From: Octopus vulgaris
Lineage: Eukaryota
Direction of reading: 5' to 3'
DNA length: 64,000 bases
Assembly: GCA_951406725.2 (NCBI GenBank)
Contig: OX597825.1
Span: forward strand, 44,578,001-44,642,000
The position numbers were made by a program, and so were the translations under genes. This document shows, piece after piece, positions 1 through 12,789 of the stretch. The first letter of the stretch is position 1. Every line of letters begins with the position of its first letter. The notes below the pieces were generated by a model that was not told the DNA's origin, ran no database searches, and was given only the letters and a program-made list of their open reading frames with translations.

Positions 1-779
1 AGGCAATGTCGACCTCTGGTGGAATTTCTCCTACCTTCACCTTGTAAGTACGTCTTCCAAGGTGTGTTGATATGAAGACCACCTCGATTTCATAGTGGTT
101 GTGGAATGCTGCCTGGCTAATTCCTTCGATTTGAACCGCATCTCCACTGCCGTAAATCATTTGTCCTTGGCAAGGTATAAAATATCTTGCCAGATGGGCC
201 TCAGGGACTTTCCATCTGCTCCTTCTGCGCCATGTCTGGTCTTTTATTTTTAATGGACACCGTTTTAAATATCACCGTTCTCCTGGATGTTATATTAGTC
301 AATTCACTAGAAGTCAGTTTGATTTCATGTCCCTTCTTTTGTAATTAGCCTTTAAATTTATCGAGTTCTTTTCTTTCGATTACCATATCTTTCTTGGTGA
401 CACTGGTTACCGCCGCAAAATTGTTAACTTTGTTTGGTTCGTTATTGTTATTGTCTTTTTCGGTAGTAATTATATTATCAAGTTTCATTGCGTATGGTGA
501 TAATCCCTCCTCAGAGGAGTCAATATCCGTCGAACTTGTATAAAAAAATTGCATTTGTTCCTCATTTTTTTTGTAAAATTTAAATATTCCCCCCCCCCTC
601 GAGCAAGGGAGAAAACGTTAACAGTTCGGTGACAACGCAGAAAAACAAAGCTTTTAGCAACAAGATAACAAAAAAGAGTTCAACAGTAAAATGAACAATA
701 ATAACAAACGATGCTTTACCAAAAATGAACTAATACAGCACAAAAAGATCTGCAGGCGAATGAGACAAATTTCGAATGA
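1..779 (-). mobile_element. 5' part of a degenerate gag/ORF1-like retroelement (array unit A; runs off window start)
   Basis: Minus-strand translation near 1-90 gives THLGRRTYKVKVGEIPPEVDIA, homologous to SYVGRRAYRVRVEEIPPEV (5645-5705) and to TYCGK..KVKIGKV (7380-7425). Leader CCCTCRAGCAAGGGAGA at ~596 is shared with ~6181. Confidence 0.6.
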
Positions 780-1470
780 ATTCTTTATTGTCCACAAGGG
801 ACCAGATATAGAAGGGTCAGCACAAGGACAGACAAACACATATATAAGGAACAAAGACAAAACGAATGAAAAATGAAAAGAAATTACATGAAAGGATGGA
901 ATAGCAGCCATCCGAAACCCATATCCCGAACGACCCCGCTGAGTCTTTTTTCTGTTTTACACATTTATTTTACACATTAACAACAGTTTTTATATTCTTT
1001 TTTTATACAAGCCTTTTATACATAAAATTTCACTTAAATTCATTCCAGTTGTACACACTTGTTTAACAATTGCCACAGTTTTTCTTTTAAAATCGGTCTC
1101 ATACTTCTCTTGTAGTCTATTAAATAGTTCCTCACCAATAATCGAACCTCTCGCTCCGGGGTATTGGTAATACAACTCCACCTCAGCAACGTCCTTTGCA
1201 TTGGCTAACTCCATCATCATCTGAGAAATTACAACCGTGTTTCGTGGTCTGCTACCACAACAGCTCCTTTATAGGATCCAGTTAGCTCAAGGCATCATCA
1301 GGAGTAACCACGTCCGGTTTCGGCCCCTACTCCTCTACCGTTTTGACGTGGTGCCCCCCCCCCCTTTCGGAGGGGTCTTCAGCTCTGGTGTTGGGTGCAT
1401 GTCTTCTTTCTTCTTCTTTCTTCTGTTCCCTGGCCTCTTCGATGTATCGTCAGCGAGCGTCAGCCGGTGA
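780..1470 (-). mobile_element. 3' part of an ORF1-like element (array unit B), ending in AATAAAGAA
   Basis: Lys/Arg-rich and Pro-rich degenerate coding sequence, ORF 990..1220. The 3' end motif (TTCTTTATT on +) is shared with ~6325 and ~7972. Confidence 0.5.
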
Positions 1471-1479
1471 CTGACTGTC

Positions 1480-4400
1480 TTGTCAATTTTTTCCCTTTAA
1501 ATACCTGCTCCAGCAGGCAGCCCCAGCAAGTTGTCACGTGACACTGTCTCACCTTAACTGACTAGTGAAGGCACGTAGTTTTAGCCCGCGCTTTTTCTAA
1601 ACGACCGTCATCTGTCAGTCAGCGAAGCTGATTCAGTCAGCTTGTCTCACCTAATGATGTTATTTCCCGTCGGCCTGTTTATGACTTTCAAGTCATTTTC
1701 GGTCTTACCGCTTCAGCCATATATAGAAGCTGGCTTTTTCGACCGCCTCCTGTACTCTCCCTATTAGTTTACGCAGCTCGGGGCTAGAAAAAAACAAATC
1801 TTCTTTTGAAAAGCGTTGTCATTTTCTTTTCAATGAAGCCTCTAACCCCAACTTCCAAGTGATAATATTCGACATTCCATCCCTGTTCTCTGCATTCTTC
1901 GATTAGTTTTTCATACCTCTTCTCCTTTCGTTCCTCTGCATTGCCGATGTTCTCTTCCCAAGGTACTGTTAGTTCTAGTAAAATTCCCATTCTCCGGTCT
2001 CTGTTCCATAGAACTAAATCCGGTCTTTTTGTTGTTTTTATTAGTGAGAATATTGCTTGTCTTTCCAAGTCCGTGGCCACCTCCCAGTATCCCTTCCATC
2101 TGTCGTCTATCTCGTATACTTTACTTGTAGGCCTGGTTTTATAACCTTTTCCCTCCTTGTGGAAGTATACTTTCCTGCGCTTTTCTACTTTTGGGTACTC
2201 TCCCCTATTGTACCTCTCGATCTTCTTGAGTGCTGTGCTTATGACGGCGAGGACTTGATTATGCCGCCATGTATATCTTTCAAGTGCTAGTCTGCAACCT
2301 GACAGAACATGTCTAACCGTCGCATTCTCTCCACATCTACACTCATCGGTTGTTTTTATGTTCCACCGGACTAAGTACGCTGGTGAGGGTAGAACGTCGA
2401 AGGTAGACTTGATCAGGAAGGATGTTCTTGCTTGTTCCCAAGCCCAAAGTTCCTTCTATGATATTTTGCGGTTGATCACATATTCCTCCCATCTCAGGCA
2501 CTGTCCCTGTTGACTGCATTGCACCAAATGTACATTTCGCCTTTCTTCTTCCTCCTTTCTCACTTCGTATACCACTGCCTCTTTCATCTCTTTTACACTG
2601 CTCTTGCAAAATGGCCTGAAATTTTGCTACCCTAGGCCGGTTCTAGCTTCTTGCGTCGCTCCGACTATATCTGCGTGCCTTAGTTTTCCGATCGCCCTGT
2701 TTACTGCTTCTTCCACCTTCCATTTCTTCCGTGTTCGTACCTTTAGAGGGTTTTCCTGGATGCTTTGGTCTTTTGAATATCTTAGCATCATTACTGTCCT
2801 TGCCTTTCCTGCCTTATATTCTTCGGCGATTGATGTTATTGGTAGTTGCAGCACGGGTTTTCCATATAGTGCAGTTGTATTCAGTGGTTTCGGCAGACCA
2901 AGCCATTTTCTGATAAACACACTGCATCTTTGCTCTATCCTTTCTACTCTACTCGAGGCTATTTCGTACATCTGCAATGGCCACATTATTCTTGGGTACA
3001 GCCCAAATTGCAGTATCCAACATTTGAATTTTCCTGGCAGCGTTGTTCTGTCAATTGCCTTTAATCCTTGTTTTACTAACTCGTGTGTTTCTTTCCCTTG
3101 CTTCTTATCATTTAATAAATCTCTATACCATCTGCCGAGACTCTTTACTGGTTGTTCTTTCACCGTTTGTATGTCTTCACTTCCTATCCTGAATTTCACT
3201 TCTTCTTGCCTTCCTTTCACGAAAGCCACGCTTCGAGATTTTTTGGCTTTGAATTTCATCCTTGCCCATCCTATCAGTTCGTTCAACCGCTCTAACGTTC
3301 CCTCTGCTGCTTCTCTACTTTCCGATAATATTGTTACGTCGTCCATAAAAGCCCTTAATGGTGTCTTTGTAACAGCTTTCTCACAGTTTGTAGATCTGAG
3401 TAGCATTTCCATGACTAGCACGAATAAGATGACTGATATAGTGCATCCGGCTGCAATACCTATTTCAAGCCGTTGCCACTCCGTTGTGAACTTTCCTGCT
3501 GTAAATCTCATCCTCAGGTTGTCGTAGTACGACATGAGCATTCGTTGAACATCTTTTGGAATCCAAAAGAAGTCCATCGCTGTTTATATTATTGCGTGCG
3601 GAACAGATCCATAATCATTGGCAAGATCTAGCCAAACAATATACAGGTTTTTCTTCATTTGTTTTGCACAAGTGATGGCTTCCCAGATGGAAAATGCGTG
3701 TTCTATGCACCCAGGGATTCCGGGGATTCCTGCTTTTTGAATCGCTTCATTAAAGTATCCGTTATGCTGTACGATTCTTATGATTCGTCTAGCAATTATT
3801 CCGAACATGATTTTCCTGTCTGCATATAGAAGTGAAATCGGTCTAAATTGGCCTAGTGTTTTTGCCTCTTTTTCTTTAGGTAGACAGATACCTTCGGCTA
3901 TACACCATCGCTCCGCTACATCTTTCTTCTTCCACATTTCTCTTATCAGTGCAAACAGCTGCAATCGTAATTTCGGGCAATATTTGTATACCTTGTAGCT
4001 CACTTCATCGTTCCCTGGTGCACTTTTTGCTCTTGCTTTCCTTTTGAACTCATCCATTTCTTTCCATTTGATGTCGCTCAAATCAAATGGTACTCTTGGT
4101 TCAGGTGATTTCTTCAGTCCGTGCACTTCTGGGAGTACTTCATTTCTGTCAGAGTCGCTGTATGTCTCTTTCAGATGTTGTTCGAGCTCTTCTTTCGTGC
4201 AATCCGATTTTCCGTTTTTACTTTCAGTAAATAGATGTTTCGCATATTGATAGGGATTGTTCACAAAGCTACGATAGTTTTTTTTCTCTCTCCTTTCTTC
4301 TGCTCCTCCTTCTTTGTTTTCTTAGCAGATCTCGATGCCTCTTTTTTATCTCTTCGTATAGCTGCTTTAGCCCTTCTCTTTCCTTCTCCTTTGCATCCCT

Positions 4401-4950
4401 CCATTTCGTTCTGACTTTTTTCTTCTCTTCTCGAATCTTTGCGATCCGTCTTTCTCTCCTCGATTGTCCTCTCTTTGTCGTTGATTCTACCTTCCCTGTT
4501 GTTTCCAGTCCAAATCTTTTCTCTCCTTCCTGGTAGATTGTATTAGCCAGGTTTTCGAGATTTTGTTCGTCGTCGCCTTTGAATTTGGAGGTCATTCTTG
4601 CTACCTCGTCGTCAAATTTTTTATAACTCGCTGCGTCATTTGCTTTCGGCCACTTAACCTTTGTCCTCTTCGCGCCTATCAGTCTTTTTGACTGTTCCAA
4701 TTCAACTGTGGAAGGAACCTCGCTATGGTTATTTTCGGGGGGAGGGGGGTTCTGGCCCCACGTCTTATGGTTTATCAACCCGCGTTGTTGAATTACTTTC
4801 TTCCGGCACACCTTCCCTTGGAAGATTCTCAGCCCGATGTAACTAGCAAACACCATTCCGCAGCAGCTGAACTCCTCATCTACCATTCCTATACCGTTTC
4901 CTTTCTCATTGTCCATTTCCGGTTCAAGTCCATTTCGTTTTTTTCCGTCC
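1480..4950 (-). mobile_element. HERO-clade non-LTR retrotransposon (RT + restriction-like endonuclease), frameshifted
   Basis: N-terminal CCGMVFASYIGLRIFQGKVC zinc-finger-like motif. RT motifs FRPISLL, WLDLANDYGSVPH, GIAAGCTIS, AFMDD. CCHC motif CRCGENATVRHVLSGC (~2285-2345). RLE motif RPDLVLW..LELTVPWEE..EVGVRGF. Confidence 0.9.
2627..4264 (-). pseudogene. Reverse transcriptase of the HERO LINE (split into two ORFs)
   Basis: ORFs 3584..4264 and 2627..3577 carry consecutive RT motifs, separated by a frameshift/stop. Confidence 0.9.
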
Positions 4951-6322
4951 CTCTTGTAAAGCAACATAAGGTACTTCTTTGGGAGGTGGAGGTTTTGGTT
5001 ATGGCACGATTTTATGTTTGTGTAGGGCCATGGTCGGTTTGGTGGGGTAGGGCAAGAGCTGGTGCTTGCGGGGGCAGGTTGATGTGGAGTGGGGCAGAGT
5101 GGTGTAGGGATATATCGGGTTGGGGATCATCATCACATGTTAGGTTCTTTCTCTTTTTCTTTCTGTTTTTCCTTTTGGTCGTCTCCGTCTATTTCTCTGT
5201 TGTTTCCACCTGTTCACCCAGTTCCTTGCCTCAGTCTTCTTCCACCTTTGGCGTCTCGAGTCAAGGTGCGTTCTCCACCGAGGTTACTTTTCGTACTTTT
5301 GCAGGAGGGGAAGGTATTCGGCTCTTATGTGGCCAATCTGGTCACACTTGAATCACCTCGGCCTCCTGCTCGCCACCATTACCCTCAAGACTGACCCCTC
5401 CTGGCGAAGTAGTTCACTACGTAGAAAAGAAAAAGTGATATTTAAAACGTTCATCAAAAAGGGAAAATCCATTAACGTAGCAGAGAGGAAAGAGATTGAG
5501 AAGTGTTTGGCACCTATCTGATCGGATATAATACACCTGGCCAGGGGTGCCAAATTTGCCACCGTGGTTGTGCGTTTTTCCACAGAGGAGAAAGCCAGGC
5601 AACAGTCCGTAGCCTCAGTATCAACAGACGAAATAATCCTCCTACCCTCTTACGTTGGAAGGCGTGCCTACAGAGTGAGGGTGGAGGAGATACCACCAGA
5701 GGTGTAGGTTGCCACAGTATTGTCCACGGTCCCTGGGGCTGCTTGGATCACCATTTCCAGGCGCTACCCTATCGGGTTTCTCGCCGGTACTCTCTCACGG
5801 CCTGGAGGACTATCACTTTCTCCTCCAGGCCCAACACTATCGCTGCTATCAGCCAGGCAACCTACACCTCTGGTGGTATCTCCTCCACCCTCACTCTGTA
5901 GGCACGCCTTCCAACGTAAGAGGGTAGGAGGATTATTTCGGGAGGGGTCAGTCTTATTTCATGCCCCTCCCTTAGCATCCTATTTCTACACTTTTATAAC
6001 TGCTGGATTTCGACTTTTTGTTTCGGTTACATCCGCAAAACTCTTCTTTCCATTTGCTTCTCTCTTCCTCAATCCCTCCTCCATACTATTTATGTACTTC
6101 ACTAGCTCACCCTCCGACTAACCCATGTCGGAAAAGCTAATTTCGTCACAGTTTATTTTTCAATCACACGCTTCCCCCACCCTCAAGCAAGGGAGACAAT
6201 GACAACGGACTCGCTTGCGCAGAAGAAACAAGGTGTTCAAACACGCGTAAAACAAGAAGCTACGTAACCTACCGTCCTTAAATGACCACGTCCGAATCCA
6301 AAAAAGGACAAATTTCGAATGA
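4950..6322 (-). mobile_element. 5' part of ORF1-like element (unit B) with an internal inversion
   Basis: Degenerate zinc knuckle RRPR*FKCDQIGHIRAE (~5320-5375). The RRM-like segment ARGAKFATVVVRFSTEEKA lies on the + strand (5540-5600) because of the inversion. Confidence 0.7.
5629..5940. repeat. Perfect 85-bp inverted repeat (5629-5713 / 5856-5940)
   Basis: Arms are exact reverse complements. An additional 15-bp pair lies at 5387-5401 / 5941-5955. Confidence 0.95.
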
Positions 6323-7970
6323 TTTTTTTTATTACCCATGACGGGTTAATATAGAGAAAGGACATTACAATTTACATACAAAACAATGCAAAATTTGGGG
6401 TTCATAAAACAAATAATGAGTATGAAATGAGTTATGTGTAATGGGAAATGGAATGGCTTACGAGTCCCTCAAGCTCGCAGTTTCATTTATACATTTTGCA
6501 ACTGTTCCACTTATCCATCAGATATATATTAGATGATATCCTCCATCCCAATCACGTTGGGCAGGCTATCATAGCGAATATTTATTTTACTTACTTTATT
6601 CTTCTCTTGAAAAGTCTCTACCAATTTGTCTATTTTTTTCTTTTTCTATTAACACCGCTCTAGCGCTTGGATCGAACATGCCGTTTTCTAATTTCACTTG
6701 TATCACTCCTTTTGTTTTTGTAAATCTTTTTTCAATCGCCATATTTTTTTCATAAAAAGTTATCCTTCTTATATTCTCTCCCGTAGGTCATCCTGTTTGT
6801 TTTACATAATGCATTCTCTCCAACGCGTTCCTCATCCATTCCTCGCATTTCTCTTTTCTAACTTTACCTTCTTCACTCATTGTTACTGTCTTCAGTTCCT
6901 GCGTTCGAATCTCTGTACTTTTTTCACTTGCTGTTGTCTTTCTTCCTTCATTTTCTACTTTACTTTTCTTTGGGCTTTTTGGTGGTGACTCCACCCTTGT
7001 TCTCTTTCTGTCTGCCGTTGTTTCATCTACTCTTTCCTCTTCCTCTTTTTCTTCTTCATCCTCTCTCACTGCGTCGCTGCACATTTCCTCCTCTTCTGCC
7101 TGCACTTCTCCTAGGGGACACCTTGCTTGCATATGTCCCCTTCTTTTACAGTTATAACATACTGGTGGTCTCCCCTCCACCACGACTCTCAGTCGGGTTT
7201 CGTCTGGGAGCACCAACTCTTCTGTAATGTTGTGTAGATCTGGCAGGGTTATATGTATCAGTGCTTCCATACCATAACCCCACCAGTTGACGTCTCTCGA
7301 TTTTTCAACCTTGAGTATGTCCACCTCCTCCTTACAACTGTAGATTACAGCTGCTACAAGTCTCTCTACCTCCATCTCCTGTAGCACCTTTCCTATTTTC
7401 ACCTTCATTTTCCACAATAGGTCGGAAGAAATATCCACCTAGCTGTTCTTAATATCGTGGTAGCGGGTTTCTTGGCCTCCTCCTCACTTTCAAACCGCAC
7501 ATCCACGGTGGCGAACTTCCTTCCTCTTGCGTAGAAGGTCGTTCTGTTTTTAATTTCCGTTAGACATTCCTCATTGTCGTCTGTTTCTGCCACTTCTATT
7601 TTCTTGTTGGCCACACTCCACGTTCTATATACAATGATTTTTTTTCCTCGCTTTTTCTGCGTCTTCCTCAGGCGGTGTGATTCGCAAGCAATCTCCCTCC
7701 TTGAAATTTTCGAAATATTTTTTCAAACCTTCCTTCTCGATTAATACTTCTTTCAGCTGCAACATGTCGGCCGACAGGCTTTTGCCTCCAGCCTGTGCGT
7801 AACTCGTTGTTTACATATCCCCAAGGGTAGCTACAAAATAATTTTCAAAATTAAACTACAATAGTACTTTCAACAATAACAACTTCTGCAACACACAATC
7901 CAACAACAAAACAAAACGCAAAGCTCAAACAATAACCAATTGCACACCACGAAGGACAAATTTCGAATGA
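6323..7970 (-). mobile_element. Complete ~1.65-kb ORF1-only retroelement (array unit C): RRM-like region + CCHC zinc knuckle, no RT
   Basis: ORFs 7405..7614 (YARGRKFATVDVRFESEEEA) and 6788..7438 (VEGRPPVCYNCKRRGHMQARCP) are joined by a frameshift. The unit is bounded by junction 16-mers at 6307 and 7955. Confidence 0.75.
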
Positions 7971-8440
7971 TTTCTTTATTATACATAAAGGACTAAATAT
8001 AGATGGGGGCGATACAGTCGGGGAACTTAAAAATAGTAAAAGAGGATGAAATAAGACGAAGAAAATTTTTAAAATAATGAGTCATGAAAAGATCCCCGAA
8101 ATCGGGTGGTTACATTTCGTCAGCCTTTTTCCATAATGGTTTTCACAAAAATTACTACTGAATTCACAAAATTTACAAAACATAAATTTCACAGAATTTC
8201 AAAAATACATTTCGCTAACTTTTTTTTTTTTTTTTTTTTTTTGACACTTTTTCCACAATTTTAGATATAGTCTATTCTGTCCATCAGATCTTCGTAATAT
8301 ATCAAGCGAGATGGACGATCTATCAGCCGACATCTGTGATATAATACGTTCTCTCCAGCGGCCTCGATGAACTCGTGATAACTGTCCTCATGGACTAAAG
8401 CACCAGACTCATTTTTGTCATACTTGGTTCCCATCCTAAC
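7971..8440 (-). mobile_element. 3' fragment of another array unit (D)
   Basis: Same 3' end (TTTCTTTATT...AAGGACTAAATATAGA on +) as at ~781 and ~6325. Confidence 0.5.
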
Positions 8441-9316
8441 TCATATTATTCTCTTTATTCTATCTTTTACTTCGTTCATTTCAGGGCAGATCCTGTGTAC
8501 TACAAATGCCCAAAAAAATTTGAACCAATAATTCCTACCTGTGCTTTCCACTGATGTTCCCTTGAGATGTAATATAGTAATATAGTAATCACGTGTATAT
8601 ACATATGACATGTGTGCATACGTAGACATACATGTACATACTTCCCGACTTATGTTAACAGTAAGTTTTTATATATTTTTGCGACTCTACCTTGTTTCTT
8701 TGTTTCTCTCACGTCCTCATATTCCTTTTCTAACATCCCAATTTCCTCTCTCCCTCTCTCTCTCGTCTTCTCACGCTTAACTTTAGACTTTTTCCCTTCC
8801 TTCCCACCTTCCCTTTTCACTCTGCTGCTCTCTCTCTCTCTCCCTCCCTCTCTCTCTCATTCTCCTTTCCTTTTATCTCTGCCTTTTCGCCACCGGACGC
8901 TTAGCTTGCCGGCCAACATTTTCTCTCTTGCTATTTCTATATTAATATCCATTGAAGATTTCTACGCGTTACCCACCACTCTCGTGTTTGGTCGAAAGGC
9001 TGTATTTATTCCGTCTTCGTCTATTGTTTCAAATTACATTTGTTTACTTTCGTACGTCCAACCTGTATTGTTTTGTCTGCTCGAGCCCTAACTCTTCGCA
9101 AACTTTGCGGGTGCCGCCGATATACGAAGTTCTCAGTCTAATCGTTAAAGGCATGGAACTGATTATTAGTATTTTGGTGGATAACTGATAGAGAATTAGG
9201 GTCCTTCTGTGTCTGTCCTACGTGTACGCTTTTAAGTATTTGATGCATTTTTCATTTAATGAGTAACTGAATGCCACGCATCCCAACTTTTGTTAACAGT
9301 AAGTTCACACACACAC

Positions 9317-9347
<31 letters not shown>

Positions 9348-9509
9348 TACGGATACATACATACATACATACATACATACATACACAAACTATGTGTTTG
9401 GCGTATTGAAAAGAAATGTAAAAATTGTTAAAAGAAGGATAGCAGTATGCAATTTGGGGGATATAAATTAGCAGACTATGCAAAATTAAATTGAAAATAA
9501 ATTAATTAC

Positions 9510-9744
9510 TCTCTTTTGATTCTTTTACTTGTTTCAGACATTTGACTGCGGCCATGCTGAAGCACCGCCTTCAGTCGAGCAAATCAATTCTAGGACTTAT
9601 TCTTTGTAAGCTTAGTAGTTATTCTATCGGATTCTTATGCCGAACCGCTAAGTTACGAGGAGGTAAACACCAGCATCGGTTGTCAAGTGATGTTGGGGTG
9701 ACAAACACAGACACACGAACATACACACACACACACACACACAT

Positions 9745-9789
<45 letters not shown>

Positions 9790-9938
9790 CGTAAATACAA
9801 CGGGCTTCTTTCAGTTTCCGTCTTCAAAATCCACTCACAAGGCTTTGGTTGGCCCGAGGCTATAGTAGAAGACACTTGCCCAACGTGCCACACAGTGGAA
9901 CTGAACCCGAAACCACGTGGTTTGTAAGCAAGCTACTT
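9510..9938 (-). mobile_element. tRNA-derived SINE with central (CA)n(TA)n, 3' portion
   Basis: Homologous to 55390-55585 + 57225-57390 and to 61550-61800. B-box-like GGTTCAGTTCC on the minus strand at ~9897-9907. The head continues at 11791-11830. Confidence 0.8.
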
Positions 9939-11790
9939 TATTTCAAAGATTTTGCCATGAAAGCATGACACAGAGTAGCTTGTGGGCCGGAGAAAAGCAT
10001 TGATGAGGTGAGGGATGAAAAAAGGATGATATTAATGGGAGAAGACAAAAAATGCCCGCCCATATTTTGCTTCTCTAAAACATTATTCTCTTCTCTCTTT
10101 TTTTTTACAAAAAAAAGACAAAACGAGATATTGAACCTCTTACTTCAGTTTACAATTATTGGACTTAATAGTCCATTTAAAAATTGGGGCGTTAAGCCTC
10201 TTAAACACAATAAAATACAATAAACATTTAACATTATACAATAAACATTATAACACTGAGGTTTTTCAACCTCTTGTCACTATTACTCCCCAACATCGCT
10301 TGTGCCCGTATACTCCGCCATCACCCACGCCTCATTCAAGACCAAGACGGGCTCCGAGTCGGCGTCGCCCGGCCACTAGCGATATTCCTCATTAAGTCCC
10401 TCCAGCCTACGCATCACGGGCAACGTTATGACCTCCACAGCTATCTACGCAGGCCATTCTGGATCCTGTGTGAAGGTGAAAGGTACTCCCTTATGATGCT
10501 TTTCCACCACCTCTTCTACCTCTCCACCTCTGTAGAAAAAGACCAATAGTTCGTCTTCCTCCGGTTCGAGGTAGTCAATTCTACCATTGGCGGCACAATT
10601 ACCTCCAACGGTGCCTCTTCCCTTGCCGACGGCACAACCCCTACCGGCAAGGTTCCGGGACAGTCCGGTGCTATGTCACCAACTGCCGGCAATGTCCCGT
10701 TCCTCTTCCTCTTTTTTCTTCTCAATTGAGGGAGGGTGCGTCTCCTCCGTGACCGGGAGATTCGCCTCGCCTCCCCTCCCTGATCTCTAGGATCCTTTGG
10801 TGACCACCCATTATTGCTCACCTTCTTCCTCTTGCGGCCCTTCTTTGAGGAGTCCTCCGATTCCTCGACCGCCTTCGATCCTTCTTCTACAGAGGTCTCA
10901 ATTAAATTCTCCAGGACTTTGTTTTGTTCCTGAGGCCAGTTTTCCTTTATAAGGCCAGGCTCCAGGCATCGATGACACCTGGTGCGGGGCGACCTTCAAG
11001 AATCACCGGGTACCTGCACCCGGCCATTTTCAAAAAATCTAGCATAACCAGATTCATGGCTGATTGGATCCACAGGGTCAAAACAGCTTTGACCCAACCC
11101 AATCAGCCGCAGGAAGAATTTTCACATTGAGAAGCCTGGCTCCGTTTCCACCCAGACCCCGACGGATAGTATTCTCTATCCACTCGGGTTCAATTCTGGG
11201 TGTCAAACCACAGACCCAGGAACTCGTCAATTTTTTTCCCATAATAAGTGGGAAGAAACAAAATTTCTCTACCCTCAAAGGGCTAGCTCTCAAAACTGTG
11301 AGCCTCTACTGGGGTGTCAGAAAGCAACCACACCGTTGCATATTGGACACCCCCAGAGATATAAAAAAAATCTTCAGGGCATTCAGGTACACCAAGCCCT
11401 ATGGTACTCCGATTACAACCTGGACTGCTCCACTTGAAATACAGCTTTCCAATTATTGGTAAACGTTGCTGTAAAAGCACACACTATTCACAAACAGTGA
11501 ACAACTTTTGGTGGCAGGATACGCCCCCAAACTATACTTCCCACAATGAGAAATAACTTTCACTTAATGTGAACAATATTGCTGAACTGCAAGCAGACCA
11601 AAGTCCTGAATCTAGTAATGACTTCTTGTTTGTACAAATATAACCACAGACAACAACCCCCACTGGATCCAAGAGACAAAAGCCTTACCTTACAGCAGCT
11701 ACTTTTTCGCTGGTTAAACGCCGCCAACTATCTTCTATAGTGCACAACACAATGACGCATGCGTACACTGACACCAAAGACTCATGGGAA
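9939..11790 (-). mobile_element. 1.85-kb ORF1-only retroelement flanked by a 15-bp TSD
   Basis: GTAAGCAAGCTACTT occurs at 9924-9938 and 11791-11805. Degenerate knuckle ILEGRP..CHRCLEPGLIKENWP (~10935-11005), basic RKKRKR tracts, no RT. Confidence 0.8.
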
Positions 11791-11830
11791 GTAAGCAAGC
11801 TACTTACCACACAACCACTCCTGCGCCTAT
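11791..11830 (-). mobile_element. 5' head (A-box region) of the SINE split by the 9939-11790 insertion
   Basis: Reverse complement reads ATAGGCGCAGGAGTGGTTGTGTGGTAAGTAGCTTGCTTAC, matching the SINE head at ~57350-57390. Confidence 0.8.
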
Positions 11831-12089
11831 TTTCAAAATTATATATCAAAATTAAAGTTGAATACTAACTACAATAGTTTATGCAGTTTGAATATAAAAA
11901 TTTCTTGTATATATGTTTCTTTGATAAGATGAGGTACACACTGCGACAATAAGACAATGTAACGAAAAAATACATTTAACTATTGAATGTGAGAGTATAA
12001 ATAAATTTTAATAAATATAAAATATTAATATTAATATCAAAGACTGTTTTCAAAACACTTTAAAAATACATATCAATGTTAAGAATAAT

Positions 12090-12609
12090 TGCAGTACCAG
12101 GCAGTTGCTCTCAGGCTTTTGATCTTCACTGACTGGAACTGTTATCATGTACATGTTTTGTCTTGGTATAAAAGATGGGCTATAGCAAATATTCTGCTCA
12201 ATAGCATTTGTTTAACTTTAACTATTTGAACATGTCCCTTAGTGGCTGACGATATGTGCATCTCTGATCACGAGCAGAAGTAGTGGAGGAGCATCATAGT
12301 CATGCGTTCAGAAGAATTCTTTGAGGTTTGAATAATTCAACTCTTGAAATGTGAGTGTTTCGTTCAACATCCTTAAACAACAATTATTCAAGAACCATTT
12401 AGCGGGATGAGCTACTCGACCTGAAGAAAATTCTAACTGCCTCCCCACCTCCCTCATGCACTGTTTATCTTGATATGAGGTCACTATGTCTTGCACATAA
12501 GGTTGTGATGCATGTTCTTAGTGTACCCTTATCAGAGTATGATGGGCATATTGGGATTCGAATATTTTATCCCAATGTCACTCGGATGGCATGCGCAACA
12601 TTTTCACTT

Positions 12610-12610
<1 letters not shown>
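12090..12610 (+). mobile_element. ~550-bp non-coding interspersed repeat with (AAT)n tail, copy 1
   Basis: Colinear with 39990-40545 and 41028-41581. Confidence 0.85.
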
Positions 12611-12786
<176 letters not shown>

Positions 12787-12789
12787 TAA

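Noticed and set aside
2604-3527. 307-aa plus-strand ORF and other antisense ORFs over TE coding regions
   Set aside because: Shadow ORFs opposite the RT, Helitron and PLE frames, with no independent motifs.
764-7970. Repeated 16-mer considered as a CRISPR-like repeat
   Set aside because: Spacing is kilobases and irregular, the context is eukaryotic, and there are no cas genes.
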